From an uncultured Kineosporia sp. (GTDB lineage: Bacteria; Actinomycetota; Actinomycetes; Actinomycetales; Kineosporiaceae): DNA of 55,443 bases. Below the pieces are notes generated by a model. It saw nothing but the letters and a program-made list of their open reading frames with translations, was not told the DNA's origin and did no database searches. Shown piece after piece: positions 35,336 through 44,093 of this stretch (position 1 is its first letter; each line of letters starts with the position of its first letter). The translations under genes and the position numbers were made by a program. The stretch is from the NCBI GenBank assembly GCA_964250315.1, contig CAXUFS010000002.1:1-55443 (forward strand), given 5' to 3'.

Positions 35336-35672
35336 TCAGCGGTGAATGCAGCCCATCTGGATCGGATCGCGATCGTGATGGGTCAGCACGAAAACCGGTG
35401 CGTGATAAGGCGTTCGGAGCCCCACCAACCACGCCACGCTTCGTCCCAGTCTCCCCGGATCGGGCCGAACATGTTGCGCCCCATCACATAAGCGCCTCGG
35501 GGCGCATGAGCCACTCGTTCGCGATCTTGTCGGCGTCGTTGGCCCGTGGATCGCCGATGTGCCAGCCGTGCAGCTCCTGTCCCCGTTTCCCCAGGGGGTT
35601 CTCGCGGCTCTGATCCGCTTCGGCGACGAAGCCGTCCAGTGAGATCGACATATGGCAGGTGGTGTCCGGCAC
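35336..35672 (-). pseudogene. Remnant of a dihydrofolate-reductase-family (RibD C-terminal domain) gene
   Basis: Three successive frames carry consecutive pieces. The first is HMSISLDGFVAEADQSRENPLGKRGQELHGW...RPEALM* (stop at 35484). The second is GAYVMGRNMFGPIRGDWDEAWRGWWGSE...* (stop at 35383). The third is PYHAPVFVLTHHDRDPIQMG...* (stop at 35336). The C-terminal third of the family is absent. Confidence 0.6.
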
Positions 35673-35841
35673 CGCGAACCTCCTGAGCGCTGGCGACTGA
35701 CAAGCGTCGCGCGGACGACAGTAGGTGGTCGGAAACGAATCGCCTGAACACCCTGTCCGGCCGCATCCCTGCCACTGACTAACGTGGTTGTCATGCCCGG
35801 CCAGAGGTAGCCGCCGGACGAGCGACGCAAGGAGTGACGCC

Positions 35842-36585
35842 GTGGACGTGGAAGGAAACGTTGTTCTGGTCACGGGAGCATCGGAGGGGATCGGCGCGGC
35901 GACAGCCAGGCTACTGGCGGACCGGGGCGCCAGAGTTGCCCTTGCCGCCCGTTCCGCTGACAAGCTCGCCCAGCTGTCCGGCGAGCTCAAGGACAGCTTC
36001 GCGATTCAAGCTGACATGAGCGAACCAGAGTCGATCATCGCCATGGTGGACGCGACCGTCGAGCACTACGGTCGTATCGACGTGCTGGTCAACAACGCCG
36101 GCCGGGCTCTTCGGGCCCCCCTCGCCGAGGTGAAGATCGCGGACTTCCAAGACATCGTTGAGCTGAACGTGTACGGGCCCTTGCTGGCCATGCAGGCGGT
36201 CATCCCTCACATGCGTCAGCAGGGCGGCGGCAGCATCGTGAACGTCAGCTCGAACGTCTCCAAGATGGCGATCCCCACGATCGGGGCCTACGCGGCAACC
36301 AAGTACGCGCTCAACGGCCTGTCGCTGACCGCCCGCGGCGAACTCGCCGGCGACGGCATTGTTGTGACCGTCATGTATCCCGGGCAGACGGCAACCAACT
36401 TCGGAAAGAACGCGACCGTGGATCAGAGCATGGTCTCGGCGCCGCCGCCATCGGGGGGATCGAACACGTCACCCGACACCGCCGAGGACGTGGCCAAGCA
36501 GATCCTCGAGGCGATCGTGAACGGCCCCGCGGAGCAGTACATGAGCGCGGAAATCGAGCGGCGCTTCTCGATGCGCGGCGCCTGA
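35842..36585 (+). CDS. SDR-family oxidoreductase
   Basis: GTG 35842 lies 7 nt after AAGGAG (35829-35834). N-terminus VDVEGNVVLVTGASEGIGAATARLLADRGARVALAARS is followed by NNAG and YAATKYA. Confidence 0.85.
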   Translation: MDVEGNVVLVTGASEGIGAATARLLADRGARVALAARSADKLAQLSGELKDSFAIQADMSEPESIIAMVDATVEHYGRIDVLVNNAGRALRAPLAEVKIADFQDIVELNVYGPLLAMQAVIPHMRQQGGGSIVNVSSNVSKMAIPTIGAYAATKYALNGLSLTARGELAGDGIVVTVMYPGQTATNFGKNATVDQSMVSAPPPSGGSNTSPDTAEDVAKQILEAIVNGPAEQYMSAEIERRFSMRGA

Positions 36586-36703
36586 CAGCGCGTGTCCGCT
36601 GGCGCAGTGTGGCGCCGGCCCGCTCCTGCCCATCCGCATCTGCGGAAAGTCGCAGATGCTGTCCAGCGATCGGAGTTCGATTCCTGGGGGTTCGTATGCG
36701 CCG

Positions 36704-36991
36704 TCAGACTGTCTTCGCGGGCGGCTTCCAGCCGCGCAGGAAGTCCAGGATGTCGGCGGCCGGCATCTCACAGGGCCGCAGCCGCTCACCAACTTCTGGC
36801 TCCATCCCGCCAGGCAGGTACAGGTTCGCGCTGATGATGCCGGCGCCGCCCAGTTCCTCGGCGTACAGCTTCTCGACTCGGCCGCCGACGTGCCGAGTGT
36901 GGCTGACGCCCCACCGCCGGCCGCGATAGCGCACCACGCTCCACCCTTCGGGCAACCGGGCGAAGAGGTCGGTGACCGGGTGCAAGCTCAT
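36704..36991 (-). CDS. Conserved hypothetical protein (95 aa)
   Basis: I recognise MSLHPVTDLFARLPEGWSVVRYRGRRWGVSHTRHVGGRVEKLYAEELGGAGIISANLYLP...LRPCEMPAADILDFLRGW as a recurrent actinobacterial hypothetical family (from memory). The start was trimmed to Met28 so it no longer overlaps the LLM gene. Confidence 0.55.
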   Translation of the reverse strand: MSLHPVTDLFARLPEGWSVVRYRGRRWGVSHTRHVGGRVEKLYAEELGGAGIISANLYLPGGMEPEVGERLRPCEMPAADILDFLRGWKPPAKTV

Positions 36992-37025
36992 CCTTCGTCC
37001 CCTTCTCAGGGCTGCGGCGCGCTCG

Positions 37026-37907
37026 TCAAGCGACACCGCTGACGATGTCGGCCAGCCGCTGGACGATCCCATTGGGATAGGGCGCGCGCAGTCCGAGGAT
37101 CACGCGGGTGAAGCCGCCATCGATAACTGTCCGGAGCGCATCCCGGGTCTCCCGGGGATGCTCATCCGAGAATGGCAGAACGATGGAGCGGATGATGGTG
37201 GCCGGCTCGCGGCCGATCTCGGTGCAGAGCTGATCCAGTCGGCGACTGCGCTGGATGCAGTCATCGAGGTCGCCGCCGGGGATGTTCCATACGTCGGCGT
37301 GACTGGCAACGATCCGCAGCGTCGCGTCACTGCGCCCGGCGATGGTTATGGGTGGATACGGGTGCTGCACGGGTTTGGGGCTGGCGAACGCGCCGGTCAG
37401 CTGGTGTAGGCGGCCGTCGAAGTCGAAGGGCTCGGACTCGGTCCAGAGTCGGCGAATGATCGTGCAAGCCTCGTCCAAGCTGGTGACGGCCCGGGCAAAG
37501 TCGTCGAAGGGCAGTCCGTGGGCCGGATATTCACGCCGCGCTTCGGGGGGCTGGGGACGTGATCCCACGCCGATGCCGAACTCGAGACGTCCGCCGGAGA
37601 CAACGTCGACGGTCGTAGCGATCTTGGCCAGCACGGCGGGTGGCCGTAAGCGATTGGACGTGACGAGCAGGCCCAGGCGCAGCCGCCGGGTCTGAGCGGC
37701 CAGCGCCGCCAGCAGCGTCCAGCCCTCGAGGATCGGACCGAGGCGGTCGCCGCCTATCGGCAACAAGTGGTCGAACAGCCACGCGTGCTCGATCTGCGGA
37801 AACGCGTCGGCGTCCTGCCAGACGCGCAGTAGCTCCGGGTAGTCAACCTGCTGCTGAGCGGTCATCAGCCCGAACGACACAGCGGGGGTCGCAGCACCGG
37901 CGCTCAT
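37026..37907 (-). CDS. LLM-class (luciferase-like) F420-dependent oxidoreductase
   Basis: FGLMTAQQQVDYPELLRVWQDADAFPQIEHAWLFDHL...RLRPPAVLAKIATTVDVVSGGRLEFGIGVG...ACTIIRRLWTE. Confidence 0.85.
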   Translation of the reverse strand: MSAGAATPAVSFGLMTAQQQVDYPELLRVWQDADAFPQIEHAWLFDHLLPIGGDRLGPILEGWTLLAALAAQTRRLRLGLLVTSNRLRPPAVLAKIATTVDVVSGGRLEFGIGVGSRPQPPEARREYPAHGLPFDDFARAVTSLDEACTIIRRLWTESEPFDFDGRLHQLTGAFASPKPVQHPYPPITIAGRSDATLRIVASHADVWNIPGGDLDDCIQRSRRLDQLCTEIGREPATIIRSIVLPFSDEHPRETRDALRTVIDGGFTRVILGLRAPYPNGIVQRLADIVSGVA

Positions 37908-38110
37908 CTGGAGTCCAGCCGCCCTGCCGGGCCCGGCTCGCGGATGAGCGCGTCGCGTGCTGAGGACCAGCTCGTGGCGTCAACGCCGAGGGCCGTACGC
38001 GGCGGGATCGTGCCGACGGCATGGATCCCGCCCCACCAATCCGGGCCGCGCGTGGAGAGGAACGATTGGCCGGCGTCGCTGGCGCGAGCACCGAGCTGCG
38101 TTTCAGCCAT
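37904..38110 (-). CDS. Small hypothetical protein (68 aa), translationally coupled to the LLM gene
   Basis: ATG 38110 lies 7 nt after GAAGGAG. Third positions are mostly G/C. The stop overlaps the LLM ATG (ATGA at 37904-37907). The sequence is MAETQLGARASDAGQSFLSTRGPDWWGGIHAVGTIPPRTALGVDATSWSSARDALIREPGPAGRLDSR. No family recognised. Confidence 0.5.
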   Translation of the reverse strand: MAETQLGARASDAGQSFLSTRGPDWWGGIHAVGTIPPRTALGVDATSWSSARDALIREPGPAGRLDSR

Positions 38111-38269
38111 CGCTGGTCTCCTTCGCGGGGTTCGCGACGATCGAGCGTCGCTACATGGCGTTCGCCGGATAGGCTTCAAACGGAGGGGGTGCCCACATCG
38201 ACGATACGGACACCCTCCCCACTTGTCCAGGCTGGGCCTGGACCGGCGCGTCAATGTGAGGCGGGAGAC

Positions 38270-38860
38270 GTGACGCAACCCGAACCGGCGGTGGAGCCAG
38301 CGGCCCGCAGAATCGATGCGCAACGTAACCGCGAAAAGATCCTGACCGCGGCGCAGGCTGCGTTCGCTGACCCTGGCGCCGACGTGTCCATGGCGGAAAT
38401 CGCTCGCCGGGCCGGCATCGGCTCAGCGACCCTGTATCGAAACTTCGCCGACCGGCGCACTCTGCTCGAGGCGCTGTACCGCGAGGAAATCGCCGCCATC
38501 TGCCGGGCGGCCGCAACCGGTGAGGGCGCCACCGCTGGAGCAAGACTCGAAGCGTGGCTGCGTCGCTTCTATGCCTACTTCACCAGCAAGCGAGTCCTGG
38601 CCAGCGAACTGCTCGAACATACCGACAGGGACAGCCCGATATTCGGTACCGGCTTCGCGCGCATCGTGGCCGTAGCCAGTCCTCTGGTGAAAGCGGCTCG
38701 CGAATCAGGTGAATTACGCGCCGACCTCACCCCTGAGCAGATCCTCGCGCTCATCGCCTCGATCGCGAATATCCCAGGTGACCCCCCTTTCAGGGAACCT
38801 GTCCTCAATGCATCATTGGACGCCCTGCGCCCGCAGGGCCATCAGCCTGGACTCCCGTAG
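38270..38860 (+). CDS. TetR/AcrR-family transcriptional regulator
   Basis: GTG 38270 follows GGGAG. The HTH is RNREKILTAAQAAFADPGADVSMAEIARRAGIGSATLYRNFADRRTLLEALY. It is divergent from the small-ORF/LLM operon. Confidence 0.85.
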   Translation: MTQPEPAVEPAARRIDAQRNREKILTAAQAAFADPGADVSMAEIARRAGIGSATLYRNFADRRTLLEALYREEIAAICRAAATGEGATAGARLEAWLRRFYAYFTSKRVLASELLEHTDRDSPIFGTGFARIVAVASPLVKAARESGELRADLTPEQILALIASIANIPGDPPFREPVLNASLDALRPQGHQPGLP

Positions 38861-39060
38861 AGCCGGCTTCACCTCCGGACAGATGGCTCCGCCCGGGGCG
38901 CGAATGTGGGGACGACCTTGGAGGTCTGGCCGGTTCAGCCGCGTCATGACCCCGGCCGTTTCGCGGAGGTTCAGGCCGGCTGCTGAGCATGACTCGCCCT
39001 CACCACCGGCGCCGACGTCGTGGTCCCCACCCGCACCCCAGAGGGTGGCCAATCTGGGCG

Positions 39061-39502
39061 GCATGGACGACGTGGTAGCCCCGATCGGGGGGTGCTGGGC
39101 CGGCAAGCGTCTCTGGGAGATCGACGAATCCGATTGGGACAGCGCGTTCGTCGGGCTGATCACTGCTCATATGGCCATCGCACGAGCAGCCGTTCCAGGG
39201 CTGACCGAAGGTGGCACCTACACCGTGATCGTCGGTGCGTCGGCGTCCTGGCCCGTTCCCAGCAGAGGACTCGTCAGCATGGAACAGGCCGCCGTGCTCA
39301 TGATGCAGCAGGTCCCGGTCTCCGAAGTGGACGCCGGGCAGCGGGCGTTCGCCCTGATCCTCGGGCCGGTCAGTACCCGTCTGACCCCTGGCGAACCGGG
39401 CTGGGTCACCGCCGACCAGGTCGGCCAGGTTGCCATCGGCGCGTCCGCCGACCCGGCCCTTCCCGGTCAGGCCATCCGGATGACCGACCGGGGAGAACTT
39501 GA
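39061..39502 (+). pseudogene. Possible remnant of an SDR/Rossmann-like gene
   Basis: Within track ORF 38709..40061 the segment GGMDDVVAPIGGCWAGKRLWEIDESDWDSAFVGLITAHMAIARAAVPGLTEGGTYTVIVGASASWP...ILGPVSTRL resembles the middle and C-terminal part of an SDR. There is no TGxxxGxG N-terminus in that frame, although GADVVVPTRTPE appears in another frame. The frame also has no stop before running about 500 nt antisense into the convergent gene 39558..40154. A neighbouring frame stops at 39502. Confidence 0.35.
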
Positions 39503-39557
39503 AAGCGCCTTGTCGCTCGTCCGGCGAACACGGTTTCGCCGGACCATCCATGCTCAA

Positions 39558-40154
39558 TTATCCAGCCGGAAGTGCTGTGGTTCCCGAAGAGGCCGATGGG
39601 ACGGCACCGGTCTGTGCGCCGGGGAGTCCAGCGCCGCTGGGTCTAGCGGTCGCAGAGGATCCGGCCATGATCCGGTTGGCGGTGTCCGCGGAGACGGTCG
39701 CCGCCGAGTTCGGAGGCGTTCCGGCGAAGACGACCACCCTTTCGCCGACGGTGAGGCTGGTGGTTCTTGCGGTGGCGCCGTTGTTTTGGATTTCGGTGGC
39801 GCTGGTGACCTTGTAGGTCTGGGTGCCGTTGCTGGTCTTCACGGTGATCGACGAGGCCGAGACCGCCGCGATGGTTCCCTGGCCGGGTGGAGTGAAGCTC
39901 CCGTTCGCGGCGCCTCCGGGGCCGCCACCGCCCGGGCCTCCGGCCGCGACGTTCGATGCGGAGGTGGCCGGGCCGCCGAGGTGGGTCAGGGCGAAGCCGC
40001 CGGTGACCAGCAGCGCCACCGCCAAGAATCCAGCAGCAACCTTACTTTTCGTTGTCGATAGCGCGGAACGCTCTGCTGATAGCCGGTTCTCAGTCTCAGG
40101 CGCGAGCTCGTCGCGCGATTGATCCGGCGCGGGATCAGTCGAGGTGATGCTCAT
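39558..40154 (-). CDS. Membrane-anchored secreted protein (DUF5666-like beta domain)
   Basis: An N-terminal TM helix (VAAGFLAVALLVTGGFAL) and a Gly-rich linker are followed by GTIAAVSASSITVKTSNGTQTYKVTSATEIQNNGATARTTSLTVGERVVVFG. It is divergent from the GT39 gene. Confidence 0.6.
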   Translation of the reverse strand: MSITSTDPAPDQSRDELAPETENRLSAERSALSTTKSKVAAGFLAVALLVTGGFALTHLGGPATSASNVAAGGPGGGGPGGAANGSFTPPGQGTIAAVSASSITVKTSNGTQTYKVTSATEIQNNGATARTTSLTVGERVVVFAGTPPNSAATVSADTANRIMAGSSATARPSGAGLPGAQTGAVPSASSGTTALPAG

Positions 40155-40344
40155 CTTGTCTGCTCCAGTGCTTCATTCGGGCGCCTGGGTGGCGCTCCGT
40201 TGTGATCACGGTGCCTGGACGTTCTGGAGCGGCGCTGAGCGCCGGCTGGCGGGCTCCTGTGCCACCAGAGCGCAGGCTGCGCGTCACAAGAAATCCTCAG
40301 GTCACATCCAGTTCTCAGTCACCCGGCCGGTTCACGGTGACGGC

Positions 40345-42207
40345 ATGACGACTTTGGCCCCGGAACGCCGCCTCGCCGTTCCTCCTGCGTCCATCGTGGA
40401 ACCGGTTGCACCGGTGAAGGATCCGGCTTGGGTCCGCCCCGCCGTGCTGGGCCTGCTGGTCACCACCGCCGTTCTCTATCTGTGGAATCTCGGCGCCAGC
40501 AGCGGGAACAGTTTCTACGCCGCCGCCGTGCAGGCGGGCACGCAGAGCTGGAAGGCGATGCTGTTCGGCAGCTCGGACGCCGGTAACGCCATCACGGTGG
40601 ACAAGCCTCCGCTCTCCCTGTGGCCGATGGAAATCGTCGGCCGGATCTTCGGTTTCAGCACCTGGAGCATGCTCGTGCCTCAGGCTCTGGAGGGCGTGGC
40701 GGCAGTCTGGTTGTTGTATGCCGCCGTCCGCCGGGTCACCACCCCGATCTACGGCCTGCTCGCGGGAATGGTGCTGGCCCTTACCCCGGCGGCGGTTCTG
40801 ATGTTCCGGTTCAACAACCCCGACGCCATGCTCACCCTGTTGCTGACCGCCGCGGCTTACTGCGTGGTCCGCGCCGTGCAGGCCGGCCGCGGGCGCTGGT
40901 TCGCCTTCGCCGGGCTCCTGATCGGACTGGGATTCATCACCAAGATGGGTCAGGCTCTGCTCGTCGTCCCGGCCCTGGGTGCCGCTTACCTGCTGGCCGC
41001 TCCAGTCGGACTCGGCCGCCGCATGCTGCATCTGGCCGGGGGCGTGGCGACGATGTTCGCGGGAGCGGCCTGGTACATCGCCTTGGTCGATCTCTGGCCG
41101 GCGTCCAGCCGCCCCTACATCGGCGGCTCGACCAACAACAGCCTGCTGGAACTGGCGCTCGGCTACAACGGATTCGGCAGGCTACTGGGCGGCAACGGCA
41201 ACGGCGGCAACGGCGGCAGCGGCGGCGGCGCGGGCGGCGCTGCCGGCAGCAGCTTCGGCGGCGCTACCGGCCTGACCCGGCTGTTTTCCAGCGAAATGGG
41301 CCTGGAGATCTCCTGGCTGCTGCCAGCCGCCCTGATCGGCCTCGGGGGCGGGTTCGCGGGCGCCTGGCGGCGGCCCCGCACCGATCTCAGCCGCGCAGCT
41401 CTGATCGCCTTCGGCGGCGGCCTGCTGGTCACCGGGCTCGTTTTCAGCTACATGCAGGGCACGATCCACCCCTACTACACGATCGCCATGGCCCCGCAGA
41501 TCGCCGCCGTCCTCGCGGTGAGCGCTCATCTGCTCTGGCAGCGCCGAGCCACCTGGACCGCCAAGATCGTGGCCGCGATCATGATCGAGACCACTGCCGT
41601 CTGGGACGCCCACCTGCTCGGCGCCTGGCACCGCGAGATCACCTACAGCGTCGTAGTGCTAGCAACCCTGGCTGTCCTCGGGTTGCTGTTCCGCGAGCTG
41701 CTGGGCAAGCTCGCGCTCGTCGCTCTGCTGGCCGCCCTCCTGTCGGGGATCGGTGGTTCGGCCGCATACGCCGTCTCCACCGCCAGCCACGCCCACGCCG
41801 GCAGCATTCCCTCGGCCGGACCGGCGTCCTCCGGGATGGGCGCCACCTCTGGCATGGGCGGATCATCCTCAAGCAACACCGCGCTGATCACCCTGCTCGC
41901 CGGGACCAGCACTCGGTGGGCGGCCGCCACCACCGGATCCCAGAGCGCGGCCTCCCTTCAGATCAGCAGTGGCCGCGCGGTGATGGCCATCGGCGGCTTC
42001 ACCGGCAGCGACAACGCTCCCACCCTGGCCCAGTTCCAAGCCTGGGTCGCGGCCGGCGACATCTCCTGCTACATCGCAGAGACCGGCGGAATGGGCGGCG
42101 GACCAGGGGGCGGCAGTGGCAGCGCCAGCCAGATTGCCAGCTGGGTCGCCGCTCACTACACCGCCACCACCGTCGGTGGAAGCACCGTCTACAAGCTCAC
42201 TGGCTGA
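40345..42207 (+). CDS. Glycosyltransferase family 39 (ArnT/PMT-like) membrane protein
   Basis: MTTLAPERR...LYLWNLGASSGNSFYAAAVQAGTQSWKAMLFGSSDAGNAITVDKPPLSLWPMEIVGRIFGFSTWSMLVPQALEGV, with many TM helices. It has a Gly/Asn-rich loop (GNGNGGNGGSGGGAGG) and a C-terminal soluble domain. The start was trimmed to ATG 40345. Confidence 0.8.
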   Translation: MTTLAPERRLAVPPASIVEPVAPVKDPAWVRPAVLGLLVTTAVLYLWNLGASSGNSFYAAAVQAGTQSWKAMLFGSSDAGNAITVDKPPLSLWPMEIVGRIFGFSTWSMLVPQALEGVAAVWLLYAAVRRVTTPIYGLLAGMVLALTPAAVLMFRFNNPDAMLTLLLTAAAYCVVRAVQAGRGRWFAFAGLLIGLGFITKMGQALLVVPALGAAYLLAAPVGLGRRMLHLAGGVATMFAGAAWYIALVDLWPASSRPYIGGSTNNSLLELALGYNGFGRLLGGNGNGGNGGSGGGAGGAAGSSFGGATGLTRLFSSEMGLEISWLLPAALIGLGGGFAGAWRRPRTDLSRAALIAFGGGLLVTGLVFSYMQGTIHPYYTIAMAPQIAAVLAVSAHLLWQRRATWTAKIVAAIMIETTAVWDAHLLGAWHREITYSVVVLATLAVLGLLFRELLGKLALVALLAALLSGIGGSAAYAVSTASHAHAGSIPSAGPASSGMGATSGMGGSSSSNTALITLLAGTSTRWAAATTGSQSAASLQISSGRAVMAIGGFTGSDNAPTLAQFQAWVAAGDISCYIAETGGMGGGPGGGSGSASQIASWVAAHYTATTVGGSTVYKLTG

Positions 42208-42370
42208 TACCCGGGAATGAGCCCCCGGAGTTCCGTCCGCGTGCGCTGGATCTCTCTCAGGTCTTGCCTGCGCCAGTGAGTGGACCCAGACAAGGGCTAA
42301 TCCTGGGCCGGGGTCGCAACCCACTGAGCGTGCCGCCGGACTCGACCTGAAGCTTTATTACTATTCCGGG

Positions 42371-44020
42371 GTGACCGGCGGGCTGCCCAGGTACGACGAG
42401 GGGACCATCTATTCGTCCCATCGCAAGGGTGGGGTCGATGCCTCGGCCTGGCCGGTGTTCAGCGACAGCGTGCTGGAGCTGCTGCGGTCCGCCGGTGAGG
42501 TGCTTCACCCCGATGGGGGCCAAATCCTGTGGGAAGCGGGCGACCCCTACGACTTGAACCTCGTGCTGAGCGGCGGGGTTCAACTTGTCGACCGGCGCGT
42601 TAACAGAGTCGTCTTCGTGATCGAGGAAGGCGACTTCGTTGGCGAGCTGGGGATGCTGATGGGACAGCGGGCGTTCCTGCCCGGTATAGCGATGGAGAAC
42701 ACATCGCTGTTACGAGTCCCTGCGCAGAAATTGCGCCGGCTCGTGGAAACCTCGGCCGAGTTCAGCGACGTACTGCTCTCGGCGCTGGACGCCCGGCGGC
42801 GGTTGCTGAAGCGGCTGGGCGAGGGCGGCCTGGTGCTGGCCGGTGACGAGGACCAGGATCTGCACAGGCTGCGGGACTTCGCCGAACGCAACCAGATCCC
42901 TTACCGGACGGTCCTTCGATCCGACACCGGCGGCTGGGCTGAGCTTGCGCAGACCTGCGAGCTGCCCGAGTCCGGCGCGGCCGTCGTCACCGGAGAGCGC
43001 CGGGTACTCGCCGCTCCGACCAGCCGCGACCTGGCGACCGCGCTCGGGATCGACCTGTGGAGCGTCTCCGACGGCTCCCATTGCGACTTGCTGGTGGTGG
43101 GGGCCGGACCGGCGGGGCTGGCTGCGGCCGTGTATGGCGCCTCGGAGGGCCTGGACGTGGTGGTCGTCGAGGACGTCGCCATCGGCGGCCAGGCAGGCAG
43201 CTCATCGCGGATCGAGAACTACCTCGGCTTCCCCCAGGGCGTGAGCGGGGTCGAACTGGCCCGCTCGGCCATGCTGCAGGCCGTCAAGTTCGGGGCGCGC
43301 CTTGCCTCCCCGCGGGCCGTCACCGCCGTGACGCGGGACGCCGGCGGCGCCTTCCGGGTCAGGCTCGACGACGAGCTCGACGTCCTGGCCCCGGCCGTGG
43401 TCGTCGCCAGCGGCGTCCGGTACCGCCGCCTGGAGCTGCCCGGCCTGGGCCGCCTGGAAGGGCGCGGCGTCTACTATGCCGCGGGTCAGCTCGAGGCTCC
43501 GCTGGTGGCTGGGCGGAACGCGGTAGTCGTCGGAGGCGCGAACTCCGCCGGCCAGGCCGCCCTGTTCCTCGCCCGGCGGGCGAACAGAGTCCACGTCCTG
43601 ATCCGTCGTGACGACATCCGGGTCACCATGTCGAACTACCTGGCGCAGCGCCTCGCCCACCATGACCGCATCACCATCCACCCGCGCTCGGAGCTGTCCG
43701 GGGTTCACGGCGACGACCGGCTCACCGGGGTGACGTGGCACGACCAGGCCAAGGATCGTGACGTGCGCCTCGATGCGGCTGCTGTGTTCGTGCTGATCGG
43801 GGCGAAACCCTGCACCAGCGCGCTGCTGGACGCAGGCGTCGAACTCGATGACAAGGGCTTCGTCGTCACCCATGACGGCTACGCGACCTCCGCACCTGGC
43901 CTGTTCGCGGTCGGGGACGTACGGGCGGACTCCGTCAAACGCGTCGCCTCGGCCGTTGGCGAGGGCTCCGTGGTCATCTCCGCGGTCCATTCCTACCTCG
44001 CCGGACGCGACCGCACATGA
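42371..44020 (+). CDS. Cyclic-nucleotide-binding domain fused to a thioredoxin-reductase-like FAD oxidoreductase
   Basis: The N-terminal roughly 130 aa are cNMP-binding-like (GDFVGELGMLMGQRAFLPGIAMENTSLLRVPAQKLRRLV). They are followed by LLVVGAGPAGLAAAVYGASEGL (FAD), AVVVGGANSAGQAALFL (NAD(P)H) and GLFAVGDVR. I see no CxxC redox pair. Confidence 0.8.
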   Translation: MTGGLPRYDEGTIYSSHRKGGVDASAWPVFSDSVLELLRSAGEVLHPDGGQILWEAGDPYDLNLVLSGGVQLVDRRVNRVVFVIEEGDFVGELGMLMGQRAFLPGIAMENTSLLRVPAQKLRRLVETSAEFSDVLLSALDARRRLLKRLGEGGLVLAGDEDQDLHRLRDFAERNQIPYRTVLRSDTGGWAELAQTCELPESGAAVVTGERRVLAAPTSRDLATALGIDLWSVSDGSHCDLLVVGAGPAGLAAAVYGASEGLDVVVVEDVAIGGQAGSSSRIENYLGFPQGVSGVELARSAMLQAVKFGARLASPRAVTAVTRDAGGAFRVRLDDELDVLAPAVVVASGVRYRRLELPGLGRLEGRGVYYAAGQLEAPLVAGRNAVVVGGANSAGQAALFLARRANRVHVLIRRDDIRVTMSNYLAQRLAHHDRITIHPRSELSGVHGDDRLTGVTWHDQAKDRDVRLDAAAVFVLIGAKPCTSALLDAGVELDDKGFVVTHDGYATSAPGLFAVGDVRADSVKRVASAVGEGSVVISAVHSYLAGRDRT

Positions 44021-44093
44021 TCTGCCGGTCCCCGGCGGACCGGTGGTCCCCGCAGCACGCTTCGACGCCGAGCGACAGGACGATACGCCGACG

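Noticed and set aside
41180-41260. GGC/AAC-rich microsatellite-like tract
   Set aside because: It is in frame within the GT39 CDS and encodes a Gly/Asn-rich loop (GNGNGGNGGSGGGAGG). This is low-complexity coding sequence, not a separate element.
42208-42370. Possible riboswitch or leader upstream of the cNMP-TrxR gene
   Set aside because: I compared it by eye with ZTP, ydaO, guanidine and SAM-type cores and found no convincing conserved elements. A covariance-model scan (Rfam/Infernal) would be needed.
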